In this document: positions 9,460-21,100 of the stretch, in pieces
Layout of the letters: each line of letters opens with the position of its first letter
Position numbering within the stretch: the first letter of the stretch is position 1
Origin: an uncultured Planctomycetota bacterium
GTDB taxonomy: Bacteria > Planctomycetota > Planctomycetia > Isosphaerales > Isosphaeraceae
Direction: 5' to 3'
NCBI GenBank assembly: GCA_963737655.1
Contig: CAVTTN010000002.1
Location: 1,216,001 to 1,280,000, forward strand
DNA length: 64,000 nucleotides
Notes under the pieces: generated by a model
Databases searched by the model: none
Seen by the model: only the letters and a program-made list of their open reading frames with translations
Told to the model about the DNA's origin: nothing
Position numbers and translations under genes: made by a program

Positions 9460-11458
9460 TCACGGCCGGAGCGTCGGGAACTCGGTCACGCGAAGATCCG
9501 TGCATCCATAAGGGATGAGCGTGAGGTCTTCCATCGGCCGATCGCTCGTCACCGGGCTCTTCGGCGGCGGGGCGGCGGCGTTCTTCTCCAGGGTCCATGA
9601 CGGCAGCCTCCGCCCCTTGACCTTCGCCGTGATCGGCGCCCCGTCCTGAGAGAACGGCCGGTCGCCGACGGGCCTGGTCTCGAAGCTCACCGAGGCCTCG
9701 GGATGGTCGCGGTCGATCGCCAGGGCATAATTCCACGGGGTCGTGGGGAAGACCTCGTAGTCGGCATACGGCTCCTTCCCCCGGAGCGTCTTCCACTCGG
9801 CGCCGATCTTCAAGGAATAGACCAGCGGGCCGCGCTGGATGGCCACGGAGTCGTTGTATCCCGCGAGGAGCGCGACGTCCATCGAGAGGTCGAGGGTGAG
9901 GATCGTGGTGTCTCGCCAGGTGATGGACATGGGGTCGAAGAAGGCGGGTTCCTTCGTCCCCCTGGCCGGGACGATGTTGTAAGCGGTCCTCTTGATCGAC
10001 GTGATCTCATCGCGGCCGTCCGGAAATTGGAGCCGCCTCGCCGCCTCGGCGGCGATCGTCTTCGCCCAACCGGGCTTGCGGAAGTAGATCGGGAACTCCA
10101 TCGGCTCCGGGACGGTGACCTTCATGGTGATCCGGCCGGAGAAGGGATAGTCCGTGACCGTCTCGACCCGCACCGGCTTGCCCTTCACCGTCGTCTCCAG
10201 GACGCTCGGCGCGTAGGCCAGCGCGACGAGCCCGATCATTCGGGGTCCGACCCCAGAGGTGGGTGACGAACTTGGGCCAGCCCTGGTGCATGTTCGCGGT
10301 GCAGCACCCGAAGTTCGGTTCGAGGCCGAAGAGATTGGCATCGGGACCATTATCCGTGTATACGCGAGGGTCCGAGACCTTGCACACGACCTGATTGGCC
10401 TGCTGGTCGTACTGATGGGCGGTCATGTCCTTGCGGAAGGTGGCGGGGAAGGCGTTGAAGGCGAGCCGTTCGAGGCGGTCGCCCAGGGCGGCGTCTCCCG
10501 AGATCGCCTCGGCGACTTCGAGCGAGTACATCGCCTCGGCCACCGTGCAGAGCTCGGTCCCCTGCGACGGGCTCCGGCCGGCGAGGTGCTCGTCGCACGA
10601 GAAGATCCCGGTGGGCTGGCCGTGGTGGGCGTCGAGCTGGTCGAGCATGTTGGTGATCGCGTCGCGGTCCTTCGAGTCGCCGGTCAGGCGACTGCGGACC
10701 CCGCCGAATTTCAGGCCCATCCCGGTGTTCACGCCGTGGTTGTCCAGCCCGTAGGGGCCGTCCTTCGTGCGAAAGCGCTCGAAGTTCTCGAAGTGCTTGC
10801 GCCAGTCGTATCCCTGCTTCATCACCTTCGCCGCGAGGTCCAGAGGCAGACGATCGCCGGTCTTCTCGTGGAGCCAGAGGAGAGGGACGGCGAGGTCGGC
10901 CGCGCGGAAGTGGGCCCAGCTATAGATGGGATCCTTCGTGATGACTTCGTCAATCTTCTTGCTACACTTCAGGAGGGCCGGAATGATGCGGGGGTCGCCG
11001 GTGGCCTCCTGGTACTGCGTGAACGCCTTGAACAGGACGAACAGGGGCCAGACGTCGTACGGCTTGTGGCCGGGGTCGTTGTCGCCCACGGGCCCCATCC
11101 AGCCGTCGGCGGCCTGGTGGTCGAGGATGTAATCGACGTACTTCTTGACCTTCCCCTTGAGCGTCGGGTCGTCGAGCAGGAAGGCCAGCGGGATGGCGCC
11201 GTCGAGCCAGTAGGGCGTGCGCTCCCAGCCCTCGGCCTTGCCGCCGATCCAGGCCGAGTCCTTGATGTCGGGCCAGAACTCGTCGAGGTGGCCGCCGAGC
11301 CCCTCGGCCTGGATCTTCAATTGATTCTTCAGCCACCCGGCCGGTTTGATGGCTCCGAGGGGGAGTTCGGAGAAGGCCGGCGGCTTGAGCGACGGACGAT
11401 CGTCGGCGCCGGCGGTCGCGACGACGACGAGTACGGCGAGCGCCAGAAGAGTGCGCAT
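9460..11458 (-). CDS. Secreted beta-L-arabinofuranosidase-like glycoside hydrolase (GH127/GH146-like); frameshift near 10240
   Basis: Signal peptide, GWERTPYWLDG, HGVN, GTELCTVAE, NFGCCTANMHQGWPK, then TDYPF, RGPLVYSL, LIPYGCTDLRVTEFP in the second frame. Confidence 0.88.
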
Positions 11459-11521
11459 GTCGGTTCCTCTTGAGACGGGTTCTGGGACCCGGACCCCCTC
11501 GGACGGCCGCGGGAGAACAGG

Positions 11522-14500
11522 TCAACGCTCACTCGCCTTCTTGAGCGTCGGTTTCGGCGTCGCCTTCGCGGCCTCGACGTCGCCGAGGAGGACCTCCACG
11601 GCCTTGCTCAACTGATCGTCCTTGCCGGAGGCGAGGTCGCCGGGGGCCGGCCAGAGGACGTGGTCGGGCACGGCGCCGTGGAGTTCCATGTCCTCGCCGT
11701 CGTTGATCGTGAACCAGCCCCGGAACGGCATGCGGAGGAACCCGACGTCCATGATCGGCACGCCCCCGGTGCTGATCACGCCGCCCGCCGTGGGGACGCC
11801 GACGAGCTGCCCCCGCTTCAGCGTCTTGATCGCGTGGCTGAAGATCTCGGCGTTGCTGAAGCTGTTCTGGTTGCACAGGACCACGATCGGCTTGTTCCAG
11901 GTCGCATAGACGATGCGGTCCTGGGGATAGCCGGGGCCGCCCCCCCTGGGCACGGCGATCGCGTGCCTCGGCTGGGTCAGGACGGTGAGAAGGTGATCGG
12001 CCGTGGAGCCTCCGCCATTGTTGCGGACGTCGATGATCAGGCCCTCCTTGCCCACCCCCACGGCGTAGAGCTCCTGCTCGAACCGGTGGAAGCTGGGGAA
12101 GTCCATCCCGCGGATGTGGAGGTAGCCGAGCCGGCCCTTCGAGGCCTCGTCCACCGCCTTCCGGCAGTCTTTGATGAACTTTTCATACAGGAGCGCGCTC
12201 ACAGCGGCATACGAAGTCGGCCGGATCGTGACGGTGCGGTCCTTGCCGGCCCCGTCGCGGACGACGAGCTTCACGTCCCGCTCGATCGGCCCGTTCAGGA
12301 CCTTCGTCAGGTCCATCGAGGGGTCCACGGTGGTGCCGTCGATGCTCACGACGAGCTCGCCGGGCTCGATCCGGGTCTTCTTGTGGTCGGCGGGGCCGTC
12401 GGGCAGGACGTCGCGGACCTTCAGGCCGGGGCCCTTGTGGTCGGGGGCGAACCGGAGGCCGAGGTGGGCCGTGACGACCTGCCATTTCGTCGGCGGTGCG
12501 GCGGGGGCGGCGCCGGGGGTCGGCCTCGTCAGCGCCCGGCCGGCCGTCGCGGAGTAGCCCAGGTGGGAGCCGTTCAGCTCGCCGAGCATCAGGTTCACGA
12601 CGGTGGCCAGCGCCTCGGAATCCGGGGCCTCGGCCGCGGCGTCGGCGTACTTGCGGCGGATCGCGTCCCAGTTGCGATTGCCGAGCTTTTCATCGTAGAA
12701 ACTGTCTCGCATGAACCGCCATGCCAGCTCGAACGCGGCGCGGTGCTTCTTCGGCAGGTCCACCTCCTGGCGGGCCCGGAAGCGATACACGCCGTCCGAG
12801 GCGCCTCCAGCGGTCGATCCGCCGCCGCCCCGGCCCGCGCGTCCGCCCGCCGGCGCCGAGGCCGAGGCCGGCGCGGCCCCGCCGCCCCCGCCGCCCGGGA
12901 CGCTCGCCGGAGAGCCGTTCGCCAGGCCGACGATTTGATTCCCCGCCTCCAGCCACCTCGCCTGGGTCAAGGGCGATGACGACAGGGGCTTGGGCTTGAG
13001 GTCGTCGGGCGGCTCGATCGTGAACAGCCCGGCCTGGCCGTCGATCGTCGCCGAGAACGCCAGCCGCTTCGAGTCAGGCGACCAGAACAGGGCCCGCTCG
13101 GTGACCTCGGGCAGCGAGACCTGATGAACCCGTTCGTGGAGTCCGTCGAAATCGATGACGACCTTCGCCGGCGGCTTCTTCGGCTCGTCCTTCGGGGCGT
13201 CGGCCTTCTCCTCGTCCTTCTTCTCGGCCGCGTCCGACTTCCTCGCCGCCTTGCCCTTCTGGCGGGCCTTGGTCATCTTCTCGATGGCCTTCTCCATCGT
13301 CCGGTCGCGCGAACCCTTGTCGTCGTCTTCCTTATTCAGGAAGACATAATAGATATCGACCTCGTTATCGCCATGACGCCCCGTGTAGGCGATCGCCTTG
13401 CCGTCGGGCGACCAGGCGGGGTCCGAGTCGACGTCCGGGTGCCGCGAGACGTTGAACGGCGGCGTCGAGCCGTCGCTCGGCAAGATGTAGATATCGCGAT
13501 TGAAGTCGTTGTCCGACATCGCCAGGACGAGCCACTTGCCGTCGGGCGACCAGTCGAAGTCCGGCGGCTCGAACGACTTCACCAGGGTCTTCGCGTCCTT
13601 CCCCTTCGCGTCCATCACGCAGAGGTCGCCCCGGCCCTTCACGAACGCCACCTTCGAGCCGTCGGGGCTGAACTTCAGGCCCGTTTCGACGTCCGCATCG
13701 TTCGTGATCCGCTCGACCTTGAACGAAGGATTATGCCACCAGAAATCATTCGGCTCGGACCGCTCGATCCGATAAATATCGGCCTGGCCGTCCTTGTCGC
13801 TGACGACGAGCAGGGCGTCCCCCTCGGGGGAGAACGCCGGGTCCCGCTCCTCCTCGGGGGTCGAGAGGACGGCCTTGGGCTCCAGCAATTCGGTGTCCAT
13901 GACCCACAGGTCGCCCCCGGCGAGGAAGGCGATCTCCAGGCCGTCCTTCGAGAACGCCACGTGGTCGGCCGAGGTCAACGTCCGGCGATCGATCGGGTCG
14001 GGCCGGCCGTCTCCGCCCCGCGAGATCGCGATCTTCTTCGGGGCGTCCGGCTTGCCGGGATGATAGCTGTAGAGGTCGAACAGGTGGCGGAAGACGATCG
14101 TGGAGCCGTCCTTCGAGATGCACGGATCGACGATCGAATCGTCCTTCATGGAAGTCAGAGCTTGATCCTTTCCCGTCTCCAGGTCATGCACCCAAAGATT
14201 ATAAGCCCCGTCATTCATGGCGACGTAATAGAACGCCTTCGCATCGGGCCGCCACATCGGGAACAGGGCGCCGCCCTTCGGCTCCAAAATTTTCTGGAAT
14301 GCTTTCGTGCCCAGGTCATAGGACCAGATCTGCGACTGCTGGGAACCGTGATACCCCTTCCGCCACCACTGCGTGCCCTCGCGAGCGAACAGGAGGGTCT
14401 TGCCGTCGGGCGAGAGCGCCCCGTCCTGGCCGTAGTCGTCGAACAGGAGTTCCTCGGCCGAGCGATCGTCGCGCTTCACCCGGAAGAACCGGCCGGGCCT

Positions 14501-14953
14501 GGACCAGTAGTGGTCGCGAGTGCCCGAGACGAGCAGGGACTGGCCGTCGGGGAAGTATCCTTCGAGCCCCGATCCGGCGGTGTGGAAGGTGACCTGCCGG
14601 GGGTCGTCCGACCCATCGACGGGCATCAAGTAAACCTGGGCCGACCCGTCGCGGTCGGAGCCGAAGGCGATCTCCTTGCCGTCGGGCGAGAACTTCGGCG
14701 ACGTGTCGCGGGCCGGGTTCCGCGTCAGGGGCTTCGCCAATCCGCCCTCGGTCGGGACGGTCCAGATCTCCCCGGCCCACGAGAAGGCGACGGTCGAGCC
14801 GTCGGGGGAAAGCGCCGGCGAGTTCGCCAGGCGGATCGGGTCGGCGGCGAGGGCCGAGGCGGGCAGGAAGAACGCGAGGGCCAGGGCCAGGCGATGGGCG
14901 CTCAACGGTGAAGCTCCGGGGGGTCGGCAAGGGATTCGCGTCGGCCCTTTCAA
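11522..14953 (-). CDS. Tricorn-like S41 protease (PD40 beta-propellers, PDZ, S41 catalytic domain)
   Basis: Repeated P-x-FSPDG motifs, GELNGSH, GYLHIRGM, IDVRNNGGG, SFSNAEIF, GAVPD. The start may be TTG 14905. Confidence 0.92.
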   Translation of the reverse strand: MKGPTRIPCRPPGASPLSAHRLALALAFFLPASALAADPIRLANSPALSPDGSTVAFSWAGEIWTVPTEGGLAKPLTRNPARDTSPKFSPDGKEIAFGSDRDGSAQVYLMPVDGSDDPRQVTFHTAGSGLEGYFPDGQSLLVSGTRDHYWSRPGRFFRVKRDDRSAEELLFDDYGQDGALSPDGKTLLFAREGTQWWRKGYHGSQQSQIWSYDLGTKAFQKILEPKGGALFPMWRPDAKAFYYVAMNDGAYNLWVHDLETGKDQALTSMKDDSIVDPCISKDGSTIVFRHLFDLYSYHPGKPDAPKKIAISRGGDGRPDPIDRRTLTSADHVAFSKDGLEIAFLAGGDLWVMDTELLEPKAVLSTPEEERDPAFSPEGDALLVVSDKDGQADIYRIERSEPNDFWWHNPSFKVERITNDADVETGLKFSPDGSKVAFVKGRGDLCVMDAKGKDAKTLVKSFEPPDFDWSPDGKWLVLAMSDNDFNRDIYILPSDGSTPPFNVSRHPDVDSDPAWSPDGKAIAYTGRHGDNEVDIYYVFLNKEDDDKGSRDRTMEKAIEKMTKARQKGKAARKSDAAEKKDEEKADAPKDEPKKPPAKVVIDFDGLHERVHQVSLPEVTERALFWSPDSKRLAFSATIDGQAGLFTIEPPDDLKPKPLSSSPLTQARWLEAGNQIVGLANGSPASVPGGGGGGAAPASASAPAGGRAGRGGGGSTAGGASDGVYRFRARQEVDLPKKHRAAFELAWRFMRDSFYDEKLGNRNWDAIRRKYADAAAEAPDSEALATVVNLMLGELNGSHLGYSATAGRALTRPTPGAAPAAPPTKWQVVTAHLGLRFAPDHKGPGLKVRDVLPDGPADHKKTRIEPGELVVSIDGTTVDPSMDLTKVLNGPIERDVKLVVRDGAGKDRTVTIRPTSYAAVSALLYEKFIKDCRKAVDEASKGRLGYLHIRGMDFPSFHRFEQELYAVGVGKEGLIIDVRNNGGGSTADHLLTVLTQPRHAIAVPRGGGPGYPQDRIVYATWNKPIVVLCNQNSFSNAEIFSHAIKTLKRGQLVGVPTAGGVISTGGVPIMDVGFLRMPFRGWFTINDGEDMELHGAVPDHVLWPAPGDLASGKDDQLSKAVEVLLGDVEAAKATPKPTLKKASER

Positions 14954-14954
14954 G

Positions 14955-16445
14955 TTACTGGACGGCCGGGGGCCTGTCGATGGGCCGGGGGGCGGCCTGG
15001 CGGACGGTGACCCTGACCCGTGGCAGCGCCCTCTTCAGGACCACGGCCCCGGCCACGGTCGTCTTCGGGGAATACACGAGCAGAGTCCTCAAGCCCTTCA
15101 TGACTCCAAGCTTCGCGAGGCCGGCGTCGGTGACCTCAACATCGCGGAGGTAGAGTTCGGTCAGGGCCGGCAGCGCCACCAGGGCGGGGATCGATGCGTC
15201 GGTGATCGCGCCTCCACCCAGGGTGAGGCGTCGCAGGCCGTTCAAGCCCGCGACCTGGGCCACGACCGCATCGTCCACATCCGGCCCGAACAGGGCGAGG
15301 CTCCACAGCCCCGACAGCCCCGCGATATGCCGGACCTCGGCCGGGTCGATCCGGCATGAAATCAATTGCAGGCCGGTGAGAGCCCGGCATTTCGCCAGGC
15401 CGTCCAGGCGGCGGAGGTTCGCCCTGGACAGATACAGGGTCGTCAGCCCGGGTAGACGTCCCAGCCCTTCGATCCCGCTGCCGGTGATCTTTTCGCCGCT
15501 CACGTCGAGCCAGGTCAGGGACGTCAACTCCCCGAATTCCGCCAGTCCCGCGTCGGAGAAGCGCGAATCGTTGAGGTGGATCTGGTCGATTTGCTTGAGG
15601 TCGCGGAGCGCGGCCGCCGCGCCGTCGCCAACTGGATAATGATCGAGAGAGAAATACTTCATGCTCGTTGCTCGACCCAGGGCGGCGAGATCCGACGGCT
15701 CGGCGGGGCCGTCCGCCATCCGAAGCCGCAGGCTCGTCAGGTTCGGCAAGGCCGAGACGGACTCCAGCCCCTTGCCGGTGATCCCGGACCCCTTCATCGA
15801 GGCGCCGTCGATCAGATGGAGAGTCTTGAGTCGGGTCAATCCCCGGAGGGGCCGGAGCCCGGCGTCCGTGAGTTGCGAACCATCGAACGAGAGCCACTCC
15901 AGGTTCGGCATCCCGGCGAGGTATCGCATCTGGGCATCCTTCGGCGCGGACCCAGTGAGGGCGAGCCACCGGAGGTCGTGGAGGTGTTCAAGGAACGCGA
16001 GCGTCCCGATAGGGCCGCGTCGCTGGTAGGTCAGGTCCTTGAGATGGGGAAGTTGCCGGACCGCATCCAGTCCCGCCTCGGTCACCGCCGAGCCGCCCAT
16101 GATCTCCAGCCGTTCCAGGCGGGTCAGGCGGATGACCTGCTTCATCAGGGCATCGTCGCAGCGACGGTCCGCCAGGATCACGCGGTCGGCCGTATCGAAC
16201 GCGTCGGGCCCGAGCCACTCGCGGAGCCATCGCGGCCCCTTCGGGGTCTTCTTCTTGTGGTCCGGGCTGGCCTCCCAATCGTAGGTGACCGTCCCGCCCG
16301 CCGCCCGGATCGCGGCCACGGCCTCGCGCTGATCCCGGATCGTCGAGGCCCACCAGCCCAGCGCCAGGCCCGTCATCAGCACCAGCCCCAGCATCACGCG
16401 GAGGCTCAGTCCCAGAATGCTTCGCTTCGGCTTCTCTTCGCTCAT
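14955..16445 (-). CDS. Membrane-anchored leucine-rich repeat protein (planctomycete type)
   Basis: N-terminal TM (SLRVMLGLVLMTGLALGWW), QREAVAAIRAAGG, ~24-aa LxxLxLxxxxITDAGL repeats. Confidence 0.88.
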   Translation of the reverse strand: MSEEKPKRSILGLSLRVMLGLVLMTGLALGWWASTIRDQREAVAAIRAAGGTVTYDWEASPDHKKKTPKGPRWLREWLGPDAFDTADRVILADRRCDDALMKQVIRLTRLERLEIMGGSAVTEAGLDAVRQLPHLKDLTYQRRGPIGTLAFLEHLHDLRWLALTGSAPKDAQMRYLAGMPNLEWLSFDGSQLTDAGLRPLRGLTRLKTLHLIDGASMKGSGITGKGLESVSALPNLTSLRLRMADGPAEPSDLAALGRATSMKYFSLDHYPVGDGAAAALRDLKQIDQIHLNDSRFSDAGLAEFGELTSLTWLDVSGEKITGSGIEGLGRLPGLTTLYLSRANLRRLDGLAKCRALTGLQLISCRIDPAEVRHIAGLSGLWSLALFGPDVDDAVVAQVAGLNGLRRLTLGGGAITDASIPALVALPALTELYLRDVEVTDAGLAKLGVMKGLRTLLVYSPKTTVAGAVVLKRALPRVRVTVRQAAPRPIDRPPAVQ

Positions 16446-16484
16446 ACGGTTCGCTCCAGGATGCGAGGGGGATCGGTTTGCGAG

Positions 16485-18029
16485 TCAGCGGACCACTTCC
16501 ATCCTGGGTCGCCGATTCTTCAGGGCCGCGACCCCGGCGTCGGTGACCTTCGTGCCCTTGAGGCTCACGTGGTAGAGTCGGGGCATGGCGACGATCGAGC
16601 GAAGGCCCTCGTCCCCGATCGCGGTGCCGTCGAGGTCCAGGCGACCGAGGCGGGTCAGCTTCGCCAGCTTCGCCAGGCCCTCGTCGGTGATCTTCGTCCT
16701 CGACAGGTCCAACCCGCTGAGGCCCCTCAGCCCGGCCAGCGTCTCGGCGCCGGCGTCGGTGATCTCGGACCCGGCGAGCGACAACTCGCCGAGCTTCGGC
16801 AGGGCCGCGAGCGGGGCGAGGCCGGCATCGGTGAGTTTCGCGTCGATGATGCGGAGCTTCGTCAGCTTCTTCAGCGAGGCGACGGGGCGGAGGCCGTCGT
16901 CGTCGATCGGGCAGCCCCGGAATTCCAGGTCCTTCATCGCGGACGCACGCTCAATCCCCCGGAGAGAGCGGACCTTCGCACCTTCCAGATGGAAGAAATC
17001 GAGCTTCGACAGGCCCCACAGCCGCGTCAAGCCGTCGTCCGTGGCCTTCGGCGCCCGGATACGGATGGCGATTAACGTGGGGATCGCCCCCAGCCGCTTG
17101 AGGGCAGAGTCGCCCAGGTTTGCCCCGCCGAGGCTGACGACCATCAGGGCCGGATGTCCCGCGAGGTGGTCGAACTCAGAGTCCTCCAACTGGCAATTGC
17201 CGAGGGTCACGTGGGTGAGCTTCGTCAGGCCCCTGACGGCGGACAGGCTCGTGACCGCCTGGTCCTTCGGGTGACCGAGATCATCAAGGATCATCACTTC
17301 CAGTTCTGATAGGCGTTTCAGTGAATCCAGTCCGGCCGTTGAAACCCGCGTGTTGATGGCATGGAGTCTGCGAAGACGACCCGAACGGCTCAGGTGGGAC
17401 AGGTCCGCGTCGGTTATTTGAGAGTCCGTCGCGAACATCTCCAGGGCGGGAAGGTCTTCCAGGCGTCGCGAGTCCTCTTCGCGGATCTCAAACCCGTTGA
17501 TCCCCAAGACCTGGAGACCTGTGAAACCCTCGATCCAATCGAGGCGGCCGTATTTTCTGTCGCCATAGATATGGAGGAACTTCATTCGGGGGTGGTTGCG
17601 GAGTGGGGCGAACGCCGAGCCGGTGAGCTCGTTGCTCCTGTAGATGGTCAGGTCTTCGACCGACCCCAGGCTCGCCACCTGGATCATCAGGGCGTTGTTG
17701 ACGAGGGGCGCCTTCTTGGGATCAGGATGCGTGCCGAGGGACACGTAATTCGGCGATTCGAAGAAGTCCTGCCCGAGATGGGCATAGAGCCACTTCCTCG
17801 TGGGCGAAGCCTCCCGGGGCTTGGGGCGGGGCCCGGCCGAGGTAGGCCGCTGATAGCCATAAATCACGCTCCCGCCCGCTTGCCGGATCGCCGCGACGGC
17901 CTCGCGCTGCCGTCTCGCCGAATTGGCCCACCACCCCAGGGCGCCTCCGGCGATCAGGACCAGGACCAGCATCACGCGGAGGCTGAGGCTCAGGGTGTTT
18001 CGCTTCGGCTTCGATATCGGTTCGGTCAT
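16485..18029 (-). CDS. Membrane-anchored leucine-rich repeat protein, paralog of 14955-16445
   Basis: Same N-terminus (SLRVMLVLVLIAGGALGWW...QREAVAAIRQAGG) and LRR repeats. Start inferred at ATG 18029. Confidence 0.88.
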   Translation of the reverse strand: MTEPISKPKRNTLSLSLRVMLVLVLIAGGALGWWANSARRQREAVAAIRQAGGSVIYGYQRPTSAGPRPKPREASPTRKWLYAHLGQDFFESPNYVSLGTHPDPKKAPLVNNALMIQVASLGSVEDLTIYRSNELTGSAFAPLRNHPRMKFLHIYGDRKYGRLDWIEGFTGLQVLGINGFEIREEDSRRLEDLPALEMFATDSQITDADLSHLSRSGRLRRLHAINTRVSTAGLDSLKRLSELEVMILDDLGHPKDQAVTSLSAVRGLTKLTHVTLGNCQLEDSEFDHLAGHPALMVVSLGGANLGDSALKRLGAIPTLIAIRIRAPKATDDGLTRLWGLSKLDFFHLEGAKVRSLRGIERASAMKDLEFRGCPIDDDGLRPVASLKKLTKLRIIDAKLTDAGLAPLAALPKLGELSLAGSEITDAGAETLAGLRGLSGLDLSRTKITDEGLAKLAKLTRLGRLDLDGTAIGDEGLRSIVAMPRLYHVSLKGTKVTDAGVAALKNRRPRMEVVR

Positions 18030-18174
18030 GAGGATCTCCCGATCGCGGAGGATTTCGACGCGCCATCCTACCCGGCCGGACGGGCCGTTTCTCCTATAGA
18101 ATGGGCCGGTCGGCTCGGCTAGGATGGCTGGCACCTCTCGACCTGGCCCCCTCGTCTTGCCGGAGCTTCCCTCG

Positions 18175-21100
18175 ATGCGGTTCGCCCCTCTTGCCCTTCT
18201 GCTGATGCTCGCTCCGGGCGTGGTCCGGGCCGATGAGGACCTTCGGACCGTGGCCGAGAAGTCGGATTACAAGGCCACGGCCCGCTATGACGACGTGGTC
18301 GAACTCGGGCGGAAGCTGGCGGCGACCTCGAAGCGCGTGGTGCTCTCGGACCTCGGCGTCTCGACCGAGGGGCGGACGATTCCGCTCTGGATCGTGGCCG
18401 ATCCCCCGGTAAAGACCCCCGAGGAGGCGAAGGCGTCGGGCAAGCTGGTGGCGTTCATCATCGCCAATATCCACGCGGGCGAGGTCTGCGGGAAAGAGGC
18501 GCTGCCGGTGCTCGTCCGCGAACTGGTCACGACTCCGAATCCACCGTTGCTCAAGGATTATGTTCTTTTGATCGCTCCAATTTACAATTGCGACGGCAAC
18601 GAGAAGTTCGCGAAGACGAACCGGCCGGGGCAGGTCGGGCCCGAGGACGGGATGGGCGTCCGAACCAACGGCCAGGGGCTGGACCTCAACCGCGACTTCG
18701 TGAAGCTGGAGGCGCCCGAGACCCGAGGGTTCGTCAAGCTGCTCAACACCTGGGACCCTCACCTGTTCATCGATTGCCACACCACCAACGGTTCTCATCA
18801 TCGCTACACGATCACCTATCAAGGGTCCAAGAACCCCGCGAGCGACCCGGGCGTTTTGAGCTTCACCCGAGACAAGCTGATGCCCGGCGCCGGGGCCTTG
18901 CTGGAGAAGGCCACGGGCGACAGGAGCTTCTTCTACGGCAATTTCGACCGCGACCACAAGCGATGGACGACCTATGGCGCGACCCCTCGTTTCGGGACCA
19001 CGTATGTGGGGATGCGCGATCGCCTCTCGGTGCTTTCCGAGGCGTATTCCTATGCCCCGTACAAGGCCCGGATCGTCGCGACCCTGGAATTCGTCCGGGG
19101 ACTGCTCGAATTCACGGCCGAGCACAAGGAGGAGGCGAGGAAGGTGCTGGCCGGGCGGAAGGCGCCGAAGGTCGGCGACGAGGTGGCGATCCGCTCCGAT
19201 CCGAAGCCGTCGAAGGAGCCGGTCACGGTCCTCGGGTTCGTCGAGGAGGAGAGGGACGGGCGTCACGTCGCGACGAAGGAGCCGAAGGATTATCCGGTGA
19301 TCCTCGAGGAGGAGTTCACGCCGACGTTCTCGGTCCGCCGCCCTTATGCGTATCTCGTCCCGGCTCGATCCGCGAAGGCGATCGAGCTCTTGAAGCGTCA
19401 TGGGCTGGAGATGGAGGAGCTTCGCGAGGACATTTTCCTGGATGTCGAGGCGTATCGAGTCAATGACGTGAAGAAAGCCGAGCGCCCTTTCGAAAAACAT
19501 GTAACAATTGACCTGGATGTGACCCCGAGGAACGAGTCGAGGAAGGTGGGGGCGGGGACGATCCTCGTCCGAGGGGAGCAGAAGCTCGGGAACCTGGCCG
19601 TTTACCTGCTGGAACCGAGGAGCGATGACGGCCTGGCGACGTGGAACGTCCTGGATGACGGGATCGCGTCCGGCCAGGATTTCCCGGTGTTGAGGCTCCC
19701 GGCGAAGGCCGACGTCCTGACCGCGCCGGCGGCCCCCCTGCCCGAGGACGCCCCGCCGAAGAAGCCCATCACCTTCGACATGAGGCCGACCGGAGGGCGT
19801 CGCGGAGGCGGAGGCGCGGGAGGCCCGATGGGCTGGCTCGACGGCTCGCACTTCCTCCAGAATCGCGGCGGGAAGCTGGTGAAGGTCGAGGCCGAGACCG
19901 GCCGCGCCGAGCCGTTCATCGATCCCGCCCCGATGGCCAGGGCCTTGGCGGCGATCCCGGAGGTCGGCAAGGACGACGCCGAGGGCCTGGCCCGTCCGCC
20001 GTTCTCGACCATGAACCCGGCGAAGACCGGCGCCCTGCTGACGCACAAGAACGACCTCTACTTCGCCTCGTTCGACGGCAAGACGGCCGTCCGCCTGACC
20101 CGCTCGCCCGACGAGGCCGAGGAGCTCGCCTCGTTCAGCCCCGACGGGACGCAGGTGGCCTTCGTCCGCAAGAACGACCTCTGGGCCGTGTCGATCGACG
20201 AGCCGAAGGAAAGGCCGCTGACCACGGGAGGCACCAACGCCCTCCGCCACGGCAAGGCGGACTGGGTCTATTATGAGGAGATCTTCAACCGCAACTGGAA
20301 AGCCTACTGGTGGTCGCCCGACTCGAAGCGGATCGCGTTCTTCGAGACGGACGACTCGCCGGTCAAGACGCACGTGGTCCTCAACGACTCGGGGTCCGAC
20401 CGGATCGTCGAGGAGACGCCGTATCCGAAGTCCGGGGCGCCGAATCCGAGGGTGAGGCTCGGCGTCGCGGCCGTGACCGGAGGGGCCCCTCGTGGGTCGA
20501 TCCGCCCGGGTATTCCGCCGATTCGACCCTGATCAGCGACGTCGGCTGGCTCGACGGCGATCATGCCTATTGCTATGTGCAAGATCGCACGCAAACCTGG
20601 CTCGACGTGGTGAAGGTCGCGGCCGACGGCCACGAGGCCCGGCGGCTCTTCCGCGAGACCACGGGCGCCTGGGTCGAAAGCCTCGGCAAGCTCCACGTCC
20701 TCAGGGACGGCTCGTTCCTGTACCTGAGCGATCGCGACGGCTGGAAACACCTGTACCACGCCTCGGCCGACGGGTCGTCGCGTCGTCAAATCACCAAGGG
20801 CGAATGGGAGATCTCGGCCGTCCACCACGTCGACGAGGCGGGCGGATGGGCCTATGTGTCGGCCTCGAAGGATGACCCGATCGCGCCCAACGCCTACCGG
20901 ATCAAGCTGGCCGACGGGTCGATGGAGAGGCTGACCAAGGGCAAGGGGGCGCACTCGGCAAGCTTCTCGCCGGACGGCTCGCTGTTCCTCGACTCGTGGT
21001 CCGACATCCACACGCCGCCGAGGACGGCCCTCGTCCGCAGCGACGGCTCGGCCGTCCGGATGCTCGACGCGGGGTCGTCGCAAATGCTCAACGAGTACCG

